DNA of 64,000 nucleotides. It comes from Clostridiales bacterium. GTDB lineage: Bacteria; Bacillota; Clostridia; Saccharofermentanales; Saccharofermentanaceae. How positions within the stretch are numbered: position 1 is the first letter of the stretch; each line of letters opens with the position of its first letter. This document shows positions 1 through 9,527 of the stretch, piece by piece. The translations under genes and the position numbers were made by a program. The notes below the pieces were generated by a model. That model ran no database searches. It worked only from the letters and a program-made list of their open reading frames with translations, and was not told where the DNA came from. The DNA is taken from positions 142,951 through 206,950 of the forward strand of contig JAFWDK010000015.1 of NCBI GenBank assembly GCA_017513085.1, read 5' to 3'.

Positions 1-92
1 GTTGCTCCCTTTGTCACTTCTATTTTTCTGAAAACTTGTCTTTATCCATGCCCGCTTTTATAGTTAGTTTTGTTAAAAGATAGCGGTCTTTG

Positions 93-356
93 TTAAAACA
101 TCCGAATTACGTTCTTTTCAAAAAGAGAATCTGCTACGCCTTTCTTACACGTATTGCATAGCCAGAATGACATGGAGTCAAATTGACCGGGTTCGAAGTC
201 GGGGTTACCAAAAACCTTCGCTCCCTTCTTCTTTACCCTGATATCAGGTACATATCTTGTAGGTTTTTCCCCATCCGGATACCACGGAAATCCACTTCCC
301 TGACCGGAATATAAAAAGCCATGAACCATTTCTTCTCCACAAAACGGACATTTCAT
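93..356 (-). CDS. Small zinc-ribbon protein (DUF6487/PF20097-like)
   Basis: 87 aa with N-terminal MKCPFCG and C-terminal CNTC knuckles; AAGGAAG upstream. Confidence 0.65.
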   Translation of the reverse strand: MKCPFCGEEMVHGFLYSGQGSGFPWYPDGEKPTRYVPDIRVKKKGAKVFGNPDFEPGQFDSMSFWLCNTCKKGVADSLFEKNVIRMF

Positions 357-459
357 AATATTCAGCTTCCTTATCCTATATCATTAATCCAACAAAGGAC
401 CTTCTTTTGTCCCAATCATTATACCATTTTGTAAATAGCGCGGCTCTACTATTAATACG

Positions 460-1023
460 CTATGCCATTGCATTTCCATCGTTAAAGAAACTACTAATAT
501 CTATAACTCCTTGAACGGTTTTCTCATCCCGGATCGCCGGCACGCTGTTCGTGTTATGACTAGATACCAGCTCGTGAATATCACGACAGTTCATGTGATG
601 CAGAAGTGTGCACGCCGTTCCAAATGCTTTTTCCATATTGCCGTCCCCACCACCAACCAGAATGACTGCGCCTTTCTTCACTTTCGGAATCGGTTTTTCT
701 TTTCGAAAAGCACTGGCACAGAAGTATGTCTGTAAACGGCTTCCGACATCAAGTGTTTTTCCTGTCAGTTCCGAAAAATACACCGGAGATGCAATCAGTA
801 TGTTGTCACAGTCCTGTATATACTCATACACCTGCTGCATTTCATCGTTAATGGCACAGCCCGGATTCGTCCAGCAATACCGGCAATCCATACACGGTGA
901 GATATCGCATCGGTATGCATTCACGATCTTAATTTCACCTTGAAGTTTAGAAACAATCAAGTCAATAAGATTGGCGGTATCACCTGATACTCTTGGTGAC
1001 CCATTGAAAATTAATGTCTTCAA
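460..1023 (-). CDS. Flavodoxin-like / iron-sulfur flavoprotein (NADPH-dependent FMN reductase family)
   Basis: NGSPR...GDT motif, CxxCxxC...C cluster motif, ASPVYF; TTG start with GGAGG RBS. Confidence 0.85.
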   Translation of the reverse strand: MKTLIFNGSPRVSGDTANLIDLIVSKLQGEIKIVNAYRCDISPCMDCRYCWTNPGCAINDEMQQVYEYIQDCDNILIASPVYFSELTGKTLDVGSRLQTYFCASAFRKEKPIPKVKKGAVILVGGGDGNMEKAFGTACTLLHHMNCRDIHELVSSHNTNSVPAIRDEKTVQGVIDISSFFNDGNAMA

Positions 1024-1081
1024 GATATTGCCTCCGCACTATGATTCTAGAATAATTGATTTGGTGAAGTCGCAAATAAAG

Positions 1082-1387
1082 ATAGTGATTGGTGTTATAA
1101 GTTTTACCGTCTAGGGCAGTTATTCGAAATTTTCGAATAACTGAATTTTCCTGCAATTCACTGTCTGCAAGGATCTTCTTAATATGATAATTGATAGTAT
1201 TAGGCTCAACATCATAAAGCTGCGCCATTAGTTTCTGCGTAAGCCAGATATTCTCATCCTCATAACGCATCTCAATCCCGGTATCTTCACCATCGGTTCC
1301 GGTAGATGCAATATAAGTAAGATATTCCGATGCGCTTGATCTTACAGACAATCCTTCTTTTTTCTTGTTTTTATTCGCGTCAGACAT
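1082..1387 (-). pseudogene. Truncated RhuM-family (virulence RhuM / DNA-binding) protein
   Basis: SSASEYLTY...YEDENIWLTQKLMAQLYDV...INYHIKKI...DGKTYNTNHY matches the RhuM N-terminus; similarity ends after about 100 aa and the frame runs into the next gene. Confidence 0.75.
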
Positions 1388-1622
1388 AGATTCGAATACC
1401 ATCCTTTAGTATTTCGTCTGTTAATTCTATATTGTTCTTTAGCTGGTCTAAATCCAGAACATCCACTCGTTTATGCAAAACTTCTCTAAGTTTCTCAACC
1501 ATTCATAAAACTTCAGACCCTTGACATCAGATGAAATCAGAAGATCCACATCACTGGATTCGCGAGCCTTTCCCTTGGCATACGATCCGAATAGAATACA
1601 ATAATGAACCGGATACTCATCT
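1380..1622 (-). pseudogene. 5'-truncated, frameshifted copy of the MNT nucleotidyltransferase gene
   Basis: Aligns by eye with 7793-8030 (YCILFGSYAKG...SDVDL...KDGIRIY); 1-bp deletion near 1502; HTH part missing. Confidence 0.8.
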
Positions 1623-1630
1623 CTGACTAT

Positions 1631-2503
1631 TCACAGATCCCAATCCTCTGCCAGATCCTGATCGCTGACATGCATTTTTATATAGTCGGCATATGTGTAT
1701 AAAGGCGTCGGGAACACATCGCTGACCCCCATGGAAACATCGGCGTCGTTCATAATCTGAAGCACTTCTTCATACGAATAATCACTTCCGAGATACATCA
1801 CAAGAAGATAAGAAACATCATCGCAGAAGATCCCGACTTCCTTGTCGTAGGCAAATCCTTCCGGCTTATACATGATATAGCCGGGTTTTCCGTCCACTTC
1901 TACGATCTCATAGCGTTCCGCTTTCTCCACGGGAAAAGCAAGCATACCATCCTGATCTAGCATAACCAGAAATGGTGAGATGCCGAGATTCTCTCCCTCT
2001 TTCTCGAATTTGTTTGTATCTCCCGGATTCCGTGTTACCCCATCCGGCAAAGATTTCCATTCGACATGAGCAGGAGGTATATCTATGCGGGAACCATCCA
2101 TATATGTCATCACATACTGCGTTTTCCCGTCCTTCTCGATGGCCTCCGTCAAGCTTCTCTGGCTTCTTTGCCCCACGCTTTTCCGGTCGTCCTCTGCCGG
2201 TGTATATACCACAAATGTATATTGCATCAGATCTATTCTCTTTTCTATACTGAGTGTGGGTCCGCCCGATTCATTTTCTTTTAGGAAATAATATATAGAT
2301 CTTTCCTCTTCTGATTCTTCCGTCGCGATCGATTCCACGTCATCCGACATACTGACCCCGGTCTGTGTCCCGCTTACCGAAAGGCTGTCCGTTACAGAAG
2401 ATTCCCGGCTCACTTGCTTAGAACAAGCTGACACGAATGTAGACAGTATAAGCAGAACCGCCAGCATATTCATTCTATTTTTCATCATGCTCCGCCTCCC
2501 CAC
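1631..2503 (-). CDS. Hypothetical lipoprotein
   Basis: Signal peptide with lipobox VSAC, Ser/Thr/Glu-rich linker; overlaps the anti-sigma gene end; true start probably 2488. Confidence 0.7.
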   Translation of the reverse strand: MGRRSMMKNRMNMLAVLLILSTFVSACSKQVSRESSVTDSLSVSGTQTGVSMSDDVESIATEESEEERSIYYFLKENESGGPTLSIEKRIDLMQYTFVVYTPAEDDRKSVGQRSQRSLTEAIEKDGKTQYVMTYMDGSRIDIPPAHVEWKSLPDGVTRNPGDTNKFEKEGENLGISPFLVMLDQDGMLAFPVEKAERYEIVEVDGKPGYIMYKPEGFAYDKEVGIFCDDVSYLLVMYLGSDYSYEEVLQIMNDADVSMGVSDVFPTPLYTYADYIKMHVSDQDLAEDWDL

Positions 2504-3387
2504 ATTTTCACAAACTCTTCATAGGTCATAATGATCGCCGGCATCTCGGCAAATCCCTCTTCACAGTATGGTTTCTCCTCCACCACGACGCCGGCCAGGA
2601 TCTTTTCGATCTCCTCCTCACTGATTTCTTTTCCAACAAACATATCAAGCATGAGGTTCCGGTCCTCAAGAAGCATTCCCACCTCGCAGAACCCATTTGT
2701 CTTATATACGGCAAAAGCACTGTGCCCGTTGACTTCAAATGTTTTTACATCGGTACCTCCTCTATAAGGGAACTCCCATTTCTGATCTTCATCCAGAATG
2801 ACCAGTACCGGCGTAATCCCCAAATCCCCTGAAACCGTTTCGTATTTTTGCGGTTCTAGCGGATTCCTTCGGATTCCTTCAGGAAGATAGGAAAACGTTA
2901 GAAAATAGAAGTCTTCTTTCGACATATCGACTTCGATTCTCGTTCTTTGATTTCCTTCTTCGATCCATGCTTCCTTTCTGGGAAAATACCTGAATGATCC
3001 ATCCGGATTCTCCTGCACTTCGATAACGGTCTGCCAAATAATTGTTGTCGATTCTTTCGTCGGTTCGAAACCTGTATTTTCCTCTGTAGAAGATGTTCTT
3101 TCCTTCGCTACGACAACTGTCAGATAACTCTCGCTGTTCGTGTCTTTCTTAAATGAGATCCGATATAGGCTTGAGACGGCAAATATCGTCACGGGCACCA
3201 ACATAACAAGGATACATATAACCGCCGCTGTCAGGAACCATCTCCATCTTGACGTTCCATAGTGCTCCTCGGGTTGCGTCATCTTCGTTATTTCAGCCTT
3301 CTCCAGTATCCGTGTTTTCAAGTTTTCAGATAGGCGGACATCTTTCAATTCTTCATCGATTTTTCTTTTTAGATCATTCATCGTCAA
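2485..3387 (-). CDS. Putative membrane-bound anti-sigma factor (DUF4367-like)
   Basis: Short cytoplasmic N-terminus, single TM (WFLTAAVICILVMLV), YLPEG motif; overlaps the ECF sigma stop. Confidence 0.65.
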   Translation of the reverse strand: MTMNDLKRKIDEELKDVRLSENLKTRILEKAEITKMTQPEEHYGTSRWRWFLTAAVICILVMLVPVTIFAVSSLYRISFKKDTNSESYLTVVVAKERTSSTEENTGFEPTKESTTIIWQTVIEVQENPDGSFRYFPRKEAWIEEGNQRTRIEVDMSKEDFYFLTFSYLPEGIRRNPLEPQKYETVSGDLGITPVLVILDEDQKWEFPYRGGTDVKTFEVNGHSAFAVYKTNGFCEVGMLLEDRNLMLDMFVGKEISEEEIEKILAGVVVEEKPYCEEGFAEMPAIIMTYEEFVKMWGGGA

Positions 3388-3856
3388 ACACCTCCTTCAG
3401 TTCCGAGCGAAGCAAATCTCTCGCCCGTTTCAGACGTGTCTTAATCGTTGCCTCCGATTCACCCAGGATCTCCGCGATCTCGGCAAGTTTCAGTTCCTGA
3501 TAATAATGAAGAAGAATGACCTCTTTGTACTTCGGCGGAAGATCTGCGATCTTCCCGGATATCACATAGCGTTCCTCAGAAGAGAGACCCGGCTCCGGCG
3601 CAGTCGTTTCCGGAAGCTCTTCATCGGCCCGGTGTCTCATCCATGGATCCGTCAGCATGTCCTTACAGACATTGATCGCGATGCGTGTGATCCATGTTTT
3701 GACCGATGCTTTCCCTTGAAAATCACTTTGGTGCCGGAATGCCCGCAGAAATGTTTCCTGAACCGCATCCTCTGCCATCGCATGATCCTTGAGATACAAG
3801 AGACACATGCGAAGCAGCCCATCACCATATTCATTTACGATTCGTTCCAGATCCAA
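3374..3856 (-). CDS. ECF RNA polymerase sigma-70 factor
   Basis: AEDAVQETFLRA, TWITRIAIN and EIAEILG...TIKTRLKRAR region 2/4 motifs. Confidence 0.92.
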   Translation of the reverse strand: MDLERIVNEYGDGLLRMCLLYLKDHAMAEDAVQETFLRAFRHQSDFQGKASVKTWITRIAINVCKDMLTDPWMRHRADEELPETTAPEPGLSSEERYVISGKIADLPPKYKEVILLHYYQELKLAEIAEILGESEATIKTRLKRARDLLRSELKEVFDDE

Positions 3857-3908
3857 CCGGCCGTCCTCCCGAAGAACAAGATTATCGTTCCTCTTCTATT
3901 CTATACAT

Positions 3909-3937
3909 TAGACGGTCAAAAGAGAAAAAAGGTGACA
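3909..3937 (-). promoter_or_regulatory. Putative ECF autoregulatory promoter TGTCAC-N17-CGTCTA
   Basis: Upstream of the ECF gene; the same architecture occurs upstream of the second ECF gene (25278-25306). Confidence 0.55.
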
Positions 3938-4041
3938 ATTCTCTATATCACAGGCATGATGAAAATATATCCACGAAATGGGCAACTTGGCGAGCAAAAG
4001 ATAAAGGACTGGAAACGTCCTATTTCCGTCCTTTTCCACCA

Positions 4042-4719
4042 TCACGCCGGCGTTATCTTATAGCCTCTTCCGTATACTGACTTGATCTTTTTTCCTGAAG
4101 AGCCCAGTAGTTTTCTGAGGTTTTTGACGTGATTATCAACTACTCTGTCTGTACAGAAAGAATCCATTCCCCAGACAAGATCCATAAGCTGATCTCTGGT
4201 AAGAACCGTATCGGCATTCTGCATCAGCTGCAGTAGTATTCCATATTCCTTGGGCGGGAGTTCTACTTCAATGCCGTCTGACGTCACGCGAAGTGTTCTT
4301 CTGTCCAATGTAATATCACCACAAGTCAGGATTCTGTCCTTATCCTCTTTGCGGGCGCGCTTTAAAAGGTTCTTGATCTTGGCACAAAGCTCCTCAACGA
4401 GAAAAGGCTTGCATATATAATCATCACAACCCAATTCGTATCCGTATAGCCTGTCCGAAAGACTTACGCGGGCCGTCAGGAAGATAACGGGGATATCGCT
4501 CGTCTTTCTGATCTCGCGCATCAGGGCAAATCCGTCAAGACCGGGTAACATAATGTCGAGAAGCAGAAGATCATATTGCGTATTCCTTACCGCATTCAAG
4601 CCTTCGATCCCGTCAGATGCGGTATCGAGCGTAAAAACATCGCTCATCGTTCCTGTGATGTAATCGGATATACCCTCACGGATGTTCGCATCGTCTTCGA
4701 CCAGTAATACCCTCTGCAT
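4042..4719 (-). CDS. OmpR/PhoB-family response regulator
   Basis: LLVEDD, LDIMLPG, FLTAR, DDYICKPF and C-terminal winged helix (VDNHVKNLRK, GRGYK). Confidence 0.93.
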   Translation of the reverse strand: MQRVLLVEDDANIREGISDYITGTMSDVFTLDTASDGIEGLNAVRNTQYDLLLLDIMLPGLDGFALMREIRKTSDIPVIFLTARVSLSDRLYGYELGCDDYICKPFLVEELCAKIKNLLKRARKEDKDRILTCGDITLDRRTLRVTSDGIEVELPPKEYGILLQLMQNADTVLTRDQLMDLVWGMDSFCTDRVVDNHVKNLRKLLGSSGKKIKSVYGRGYKITPA

Positions 4720-4816
4720 AACCCCTTTTCCTTCCCGGTCCCGAACCGTCGATCCTTTACATATGATCCTTGAAAAGCACCTACTACCAGATTATATCAA
4801 AATATTGCAACCGGTA

Positions 4817-6271
4817 TCATAATCTCTTCCGCGGGATCAATACCGTAATAGTGAACATCTTTGTCTTCTCATCGTAATCGGCTTTGCAAATCCACTTATG
4901 GATTTCGAAAACGCCTTTTGCAATTGACATTCCAAGTCCACTGCTGCGGGAGTTGCTCCTGGCATTGTCGCCTTTGACGAACGGCTCCCAGATCTTCTCC
5001 AGATGCTCTTTATCGACAGGGTCAGATGTATTCGAAATCGTAAGCTTGGCATTTCTGCCTTCTCTTGATGCCAGTATATCGATCTTTCCACCATCCTTAC
5101 AGTAATCTACAGCATTCGAGATTATATTCCCCAAAGCGGCCTGCATCTGTCTCTGATCCAAGCGTACCACCATCTTTCCCTTTATTGTTGTCTCGATGTT
5201 TCTGGCCTTAAGGATATTTTCGTAGGATGTAATCTTATCCGAAGCGATCTTGACGATGTCATATTCTCCGAGTTTCAGATCGATCTGCTCATTTTCGAGG
5301 GCAAGCAGATGAAGATTGTTCATTATCATGTCATTCAGCTTCCCGGTTCCTTTTATGATTTCTTCCGCGTAATAATCCTTCTTCTCCGAATGAACATTTG
5401 CCTTAAGATTCTCAGCATAAGAGGAGATCACCATGAGAGGTGACTTCAGGTCATGGATCATGGCTGACATCATATGCCTTCTGTAGGCATTGCCTTCATA
5501 CTTTGAGCTCTTGATGAAAAGATGCCTGCCTGCAAGTGCTGCAAGTGCAAGGGAGAATACATAGAAAAGGATAAACTTTTCTGCATAATCCTTCCAGACG
5601 ACCCAGTAGACATTGTTCACTCTGATATAGTAATCCCAGACCATATGGTCATTATTCTCATTTTCTAATATCGCACGGTAAGAGAATGCTATATAGTTAC
5701 TTGGACCATAATAGAAACAACATGTCTCAAAATCAGAATCCCACCTAGATTTCATGTATCTGAAATGATTCTCGGTAAAGGAAGTACCGGGTTCATCATA
5801 TCCGATATGATGAGACTCAGACTCCAAAATGCCAACTACACCAACTTCATCTTCTGCAAGATTGCATTTTTCGAAATTCCCGATAGAATCGCTCTCGATC
5901 TCGACATGGCTATATACCATGCAAGGATACTCTTTTTCTACCTTATAAGAGATAATATCACTTAATCTGCTTTCGAATTCTGTGCGATCCAGTACGATCG
6001 TATACTTTTCAGCAGTTACTTCACCGTTTTCTGAGCGATGCGTTTTGATCACATTAATTTCTTCGTTGATTTTTTTGAAACAGGAAGTTTCAAAATCTCT
6101 CTGCTCATCGCGTAACCTGCGTTCATATACAATACTCAGCTTATTTTCGAAAACCAGAACAAGATAGCTTAATGCAAGAAATGTGATTATTGCACACAGG
6201 ACAACTGCAACACCCATGCAGCCCAAAAAGTAAGGCCGTGAACCCGCATACTTTCTCAGTGGTTTCTTCAT
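4817..6271 (-). CDS. Membrane sensor histidine kinase
   Basis: Two TM segments, HDLKSPL H-box, NIISNA N-box, FVKGD and GLGM G-boxes. Confidence 0.9.
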   Translation of the reverse strand: MKKPLRKYAGSRPYFLGCMGVAVVLCAIITFLALSYLVLVFENKLSIVYERRLRDEQRDFETSCFKKINEEINVIKTHRSENGEVTAEKYTIVLDRTEFESRLSDIISYKVEKEYPCMVYSHVEIESDSIGNFEKCNLAEDEVGVVGILESESHHIGYDEPGTSFTENHFRYMKSRWDSDFETCCFYYGPSNYIAFSYRAILENENNDHMVWDYYIRVNNVYWVVWKDYAEKFILFYVFSLALAALAGRHLFIKSSKYEGNAYRRHMMSAMIHDLKSPLMVISSYAENLKANVHSEKKDYYAEEIIKGTGKLNDMIMNNLHLLALENEQIDLKLGEYDIVKIASDKITSYENILKARNIETTIKGKMVVRLDQRQMQAALGNIISNAVDYCKDGGKIDILASREGRNAKLTISNTSDPVDKEHLEKIWEPFVKGDNARSNSRSSGLGMSIAKGVFEIHKWICKADYDEKTKMFTITVLIPRKRL

Positions 6272-6384
6272 GAATCCGCCCTCCTTAAGCTTTATGAGTC
6301 TATCATACCTGCAAATTGTATCGAAAATATATTGTCCGAGTTCAGTTTAAAGTAATGTGGTAATTCTTGTCGATTATCTTGCGA

Positions 6385-7077
6385 TCAGATCAACTCAGAA
6401 AGAGAATGAATCTTTCTGTATGGCGTATCTACATCGGATGCCGGATTTGCAGCAATCAGTATAGGTGTAATACCGATCTCAGCCGCCCCATCCAAATTAC
6501 AAGGGCTGTCATCAATAAAAACCGTTTCTTTTGCATCGTGTCCACATTTCTGCAGTGCATCCAGATACATCCGCCTATCAGGTTTAAACACCCCCAAAGA
6601 GAAGCTATATGTGGCAAAGGAAAAGAATTGCAAAACATCCAAAGCACGCAGCTGGTTCTCAATACTCGGCCATGTGTCTGAGATAATTCCAAGACGATGT
6701 GTTTTGCTGAGCGTTTGAATAACCTCATTCGCATCCGGATAAATGATGTAGTTATCCATATTGTATGTCCGATCTCTGGCTATTGTAGTGAGCTCATTAT
6801 CAGTCAGTTCCAGTTCCAGGCTTTCAGATACAATGCGGTAGTACTGATAAAACTGTTCGGCTTCCTCCTCTTGCGTACGGATCAAATGATCCCTATCCAG
6901 AAAACCCGCTCCTGCTTCTCTTGCTTTTCTGATCTTTGTCTCTGAACATTGCTTCAGACGTTCTCCGGCTAGTTCATAAAACCGGTTCGTAAACATCCAA
7001 TCTCCGGAAGCCGGATAATCTATCGTATATCCGACGTCAAAAAATATAACATGTTTATCTGAGAGAAAATCGTTCAT
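6385..7077 (-). CDS. HAD-superfamily hydrolase
   Basis: FFDVGYT motif I, IISD, KPD, FIDD...D. Confidence 0.85.
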   Translation of the reverse strand: MNDFLSDKHVIFFDVGYTIDYPASGDWMFTNRFYELAGERLKQCSETKIRKAREAGAGFLDRDHLIRTQEEEAEQFYQYYRIVSESLELELTDNELTTIARDRTYNMDNYIIYPDANEVIQTLSKTHRLGIISDTWPSIENQLRALDVLQFFSFATYSFSLGVFKPDRRMYLDALQKCGHDAKETVFIDDSPCNLDGAAEIGITPILIAANPASDVDTPYRKIHSLSELI

Positions 7078-7104
7078 AACTGTAGACCTCCTTCATAGTC
7101 CAAT

Positions 7105-7440
7105 CTATACGACTCTTTTCCCTCCAAATGCATGAATGGAACGTGTCCCGGCCTTTACTCGTCCGCCTTGAAGACTTCCTTTAGGAATAAACAATTCATC
7201 ACCTGCATGAAGAATATGCTCTTCCCCGTTTATCGTGACGATATACTCTCCTTCAACACAAATCATATACTCATCGTAATCATGCATATGCTCTTTAGAT
7301 ATCCGATCTGCTTTATAGATCCAGAATGCCATCTGACTTCCATCATTAGCAGTATAGTAATACCCTTCAATATCAGGAGTATTTTGCTGCGAAGCAGGTA
7401 TCCTATTTTTCTCTCTAAACATAAACTCCGGGAAACTCAT
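7105..7440 (-). CDS. Cupin-domain protein
   Basis: HMHDYDEY...VEG and GDELFIPKG cupin motifs. Confidence 0.85.
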   Translation of the reverse strand: MSFPEFMFREKNRIPASQQNTPDIEGYYYTANDGSQMAFWIYKADRISKEHMHDYDEYMICVEGEYIVTINGEEHILHAGDELFIPKGSLQGGRVKAGTRSIHAFGGKRVV

Positions 7441-7465
7441 ATTTCTATCTTCCTTCGATCTCTAT

Positions 7466-7795
7466 TTACTCGTTAATCTGTTCTAACAGAACAGGAATAT
7501 CATCTATCAGAGTATCAAATAATACTCTCAAATCTACACTTCCATAATCATGGACGATTCTATTTCTTAACCCAAATATTGCCTGCCACGGAACATTATC
7601 TTTCCGCCTTCTATAATCTTCTGAAAGTTTCTTCGCATTCTCGGATATCTGTATCATCCGGAAAAGCATCGAATCTTGAAGTACTTCGTTTTCTTTAAGA
7701 CTCTGGATATCAACCTTCTCCATATGCTTCACGATGAACAGAAGATCTGCTTTTATTTTTACAATATAGTACTGATCATTCTTCTCGTTGTGCAT
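7466..7795 (-). CDS. HEPN/DUF86 ribonuclease toxin (HepT-like)
   Basis: PWQAIFGLRNRIVHDY (R-X4-H-X-Y); start overlaps the MNT gene end. Confidence 0.85.
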   Translation of the reverse strand: MHNEKNDQYYIVKIKADLLFIVKHMEKVDIQSLKENEVLQDSMLFRMIQISENAKKLSEDYRRRKDNVPWQAIFGLRNRIVHDYGSVDLRVLFDTLIDDIPVLLEQINE

Positions 7796-8261
7796 AGATT
7801 CGAATACCATCCTTCAGTATTTCATCTGTTAATTCAAGATTGTTTTTCAGCTGGTCTAAATCCAGGACATCCACACGTTTATGCAAAGTCTCTCTGAGTT
7901 TTTCGACCATTTCGAAAAACTTCAGACCCTTAACATCAGACGATATCAAAAGATCTACATCACTGGATTCACCTGCATTTCCCTTGGCATAGGATCCGAA
8001 TAAAATACAATAATGCACTGGATATTCATCAAATACCTGCTTGCATTTTTGTGTAATAGAATCTATCGATAAGATTCCATGATCTTCATCCAGACGGTTG
8101 AGTTCTTTCAGTTTGTCCAGAATGTATTTATACTTGAGGGTGCCCGCTTTACTTTCATCGTTCTCATAAGACTTAAAAGAGCGTATCGAAATACCGATCA
8201 GTTCGGCTGCCTGCTGCTGAGTTAGATTCTGCTCTTTTCTTATTTCTTTAATAGCGCTCAT
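7776..8261 (-). CDS. XRE-HTH + minimal nucleotidyltransferase antitoxin (MntA-like)
   Basis: N-terminal LTQQQAAELIGIS HTH; LFGSYAKG...SDVDL (GS-X10-DxD); GGAGG RBS. Confidence 0.87.
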   Translation of the reverse strand: MSAIKEIRKEQNLTQQQAAELIGISIRSFKSYENDESKAGTLKYKYILDKLKELNRLDEDHGILSIDSITQKCKQVFDEYPVHYCILFGSYAKGNAGESSDVDLLISSDVKGLKFFEMVEKLRETLHKRVDVLDLDQLKNNLELTDEILKDGIRIYAQREE

Positions 8262-8283
8262 ATTGCACCTCCGCTAACTATAT

Positions 8284-8335
8284 AGTGCAACATTTGCACT
8301 TTCCTGTCAACTATAAGTGCATTCTTTGCACTTAT
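8284..8335. promoter_or_regulatory. Two palindromic operators AGTGCA-N5-TGCACT flanking a TTGACA -35 box
   Basis: AGTGCAACATTTGCACT (8284-8300) and ATAAGTGCATTCTTTGCACTTAT (8313-8335); minus-strand TTGACA at 8305-8310. Confidence 0.65.
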
Positions 8336-8408
8336 GTAGAGGTGTTTGCACTAACGAGGAAAAAAGAAAATCCTGAGTACTCATCTCTGAGTATCCAGGA
8401 TCTTATAC

Positions 8409-8496
8409 TGGCGGAGCCGGTGGGATTCGAACCCACGTGCCTTTTGGGCAAACGGTTTTCAAGACCGCCTCGTTATGACCGCTTCGATACAGCTCC
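8409..8496 (-). tRNA. tRNA-Ser(TGA)
   Basis: Reverse complement GGAGCTG...CT-TGA-AA anticodon loop, long variable arm, GGTTCGAATCC T-arm, encoded CCA end. Confidence 0.95.
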
Positions 8497-8560
8497 ATCA
8501 CTTGTAACTTGCTAATTTTACTAACTTTCACGTTTCTTGTCAATAAATCTACATTTCATC

Positions 8561-8601
8561 CAAAAACACCTGAAAACTACAAATAGTAGTTTTCAGGTGT
8601 T
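8561..8601 (-). terminator. Intrinsic terminator downstream of parB
   Basis: Perfect 16-bp stem AACACCTGAAAACTAC/GTAGTTTTCAGGTGTT followed by a T-tract on the minus strand. Confidence 0.75.
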
Positions 8602-8631
8602 CCTATTTCACTCATATATTTGCTTAACTTC

Positions 8632-9504
8632 TCAACTTCCCATCATTTCAAGTAGACGATCAAGATCATCATAAGAATAGTATTCGATTACAATCGAGCC
8701 TTTTCCCTTCTCCTCATCTTTGACTTTAAGCTTAACCTTGGTCCCGTAAAAAGAAGTAAGCTTATGTTCCACATCTTTTGTACTGAGGGCTACAGCAGAG
8801 TTTGAAGATACAGGTTTCTTTTTGACTGTAGGTTTAGGATCCAAGAGTTTTTTAACGTATTCTTCCGTTTGGCGGACACTTAACTCTTTTATAATCACTA
8901 CATCTGCTGCTTTTTTCTGTTCTTCCTTGTCAGTAATCGCCAACAAAGCTCTTGCATGACCGGCAGATAAATCACCATTTCGAATGAAGTCCTGAAGTGA
9001 TTCATCGATGTTCATCAATCTAAGTGTATTCGCAATCGCAGGACGACTTTTTCCTAGTTTTTTTGCAAGTTTTTCTTGTGTGAGTCCATGCTCTTTCATA
9101 AGATTATCCATTGCAAAAGCTTCTTCAAGAGGATTGAGATCCTGTCTTTGAATATTCTCGATCAACGCCTGTTCCATAGTCTGCTGATCAGTCAGATCCC
9201 TTACAATAGCAGGTATTACTTTTAAGCCGGCAAGCCTGGAAGCTCTCCAACGTCTCTCACCTGCAACGATTCGGTATCCAGTACCTCTCTTGGCAACAAT
9301 AATCGGCTGAATTACCCCATTTTCTTTAATTGAATCAGCAAGCTCTGCTAATGCAGTATCATCAAATCTCTTACGAGGCTGATCACTATTAGGAGATATA
9401 TCGTTAATCTTTAATTCAACAACAGAATCTTTATTTGTTTCCGGAATTCCATCAACCGATAATAATGCGCCTAACCCTTTACCTAATCCCTTATTTGCAG
9501 CCAT
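8632..9504 (-). CDS. parB: Chromosome partitioning protein ParB (Spo0J)
   Basis: GLGKGLGAL, QPRKRF, GVIQPI, AGERRWRA, ENIQRQDL. Confidence 0.96.
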   Translation of the reverse strand: MAANKGLGKGLGALLSVDGIPETNKDSVVELKINDISPNSDQPRKRFDDTALAELADSIKENGVIQPIIVAKRGTGYRIVAGERRWRASRLAGLKVIPAIVRDLTDQQTMEQALIENIQRQDLNPLEEAFAMDNLMKEHGLTQEKLAKKLGKSRPAIANTLRLMNIDESLQDFIRNGDLSAGHARALLAITDKEEQKKAADVVIIKELSVRQTEEYVKKLLDPKPTVKKKPVSSNSAVALSTKDVEHKLTSFYGTKVKLKVKDEEKGKGSIVIEYYSYDDLDRLLEMMGS

Positions 9505-9527
9505 ATTCTCACCTCATATATTGATGC

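Noticed and set aside
8285-8515. 76-aa plus-strand ORF
   Set aside because: It is the antisense reading of tRNA-Ser and the TA promoter
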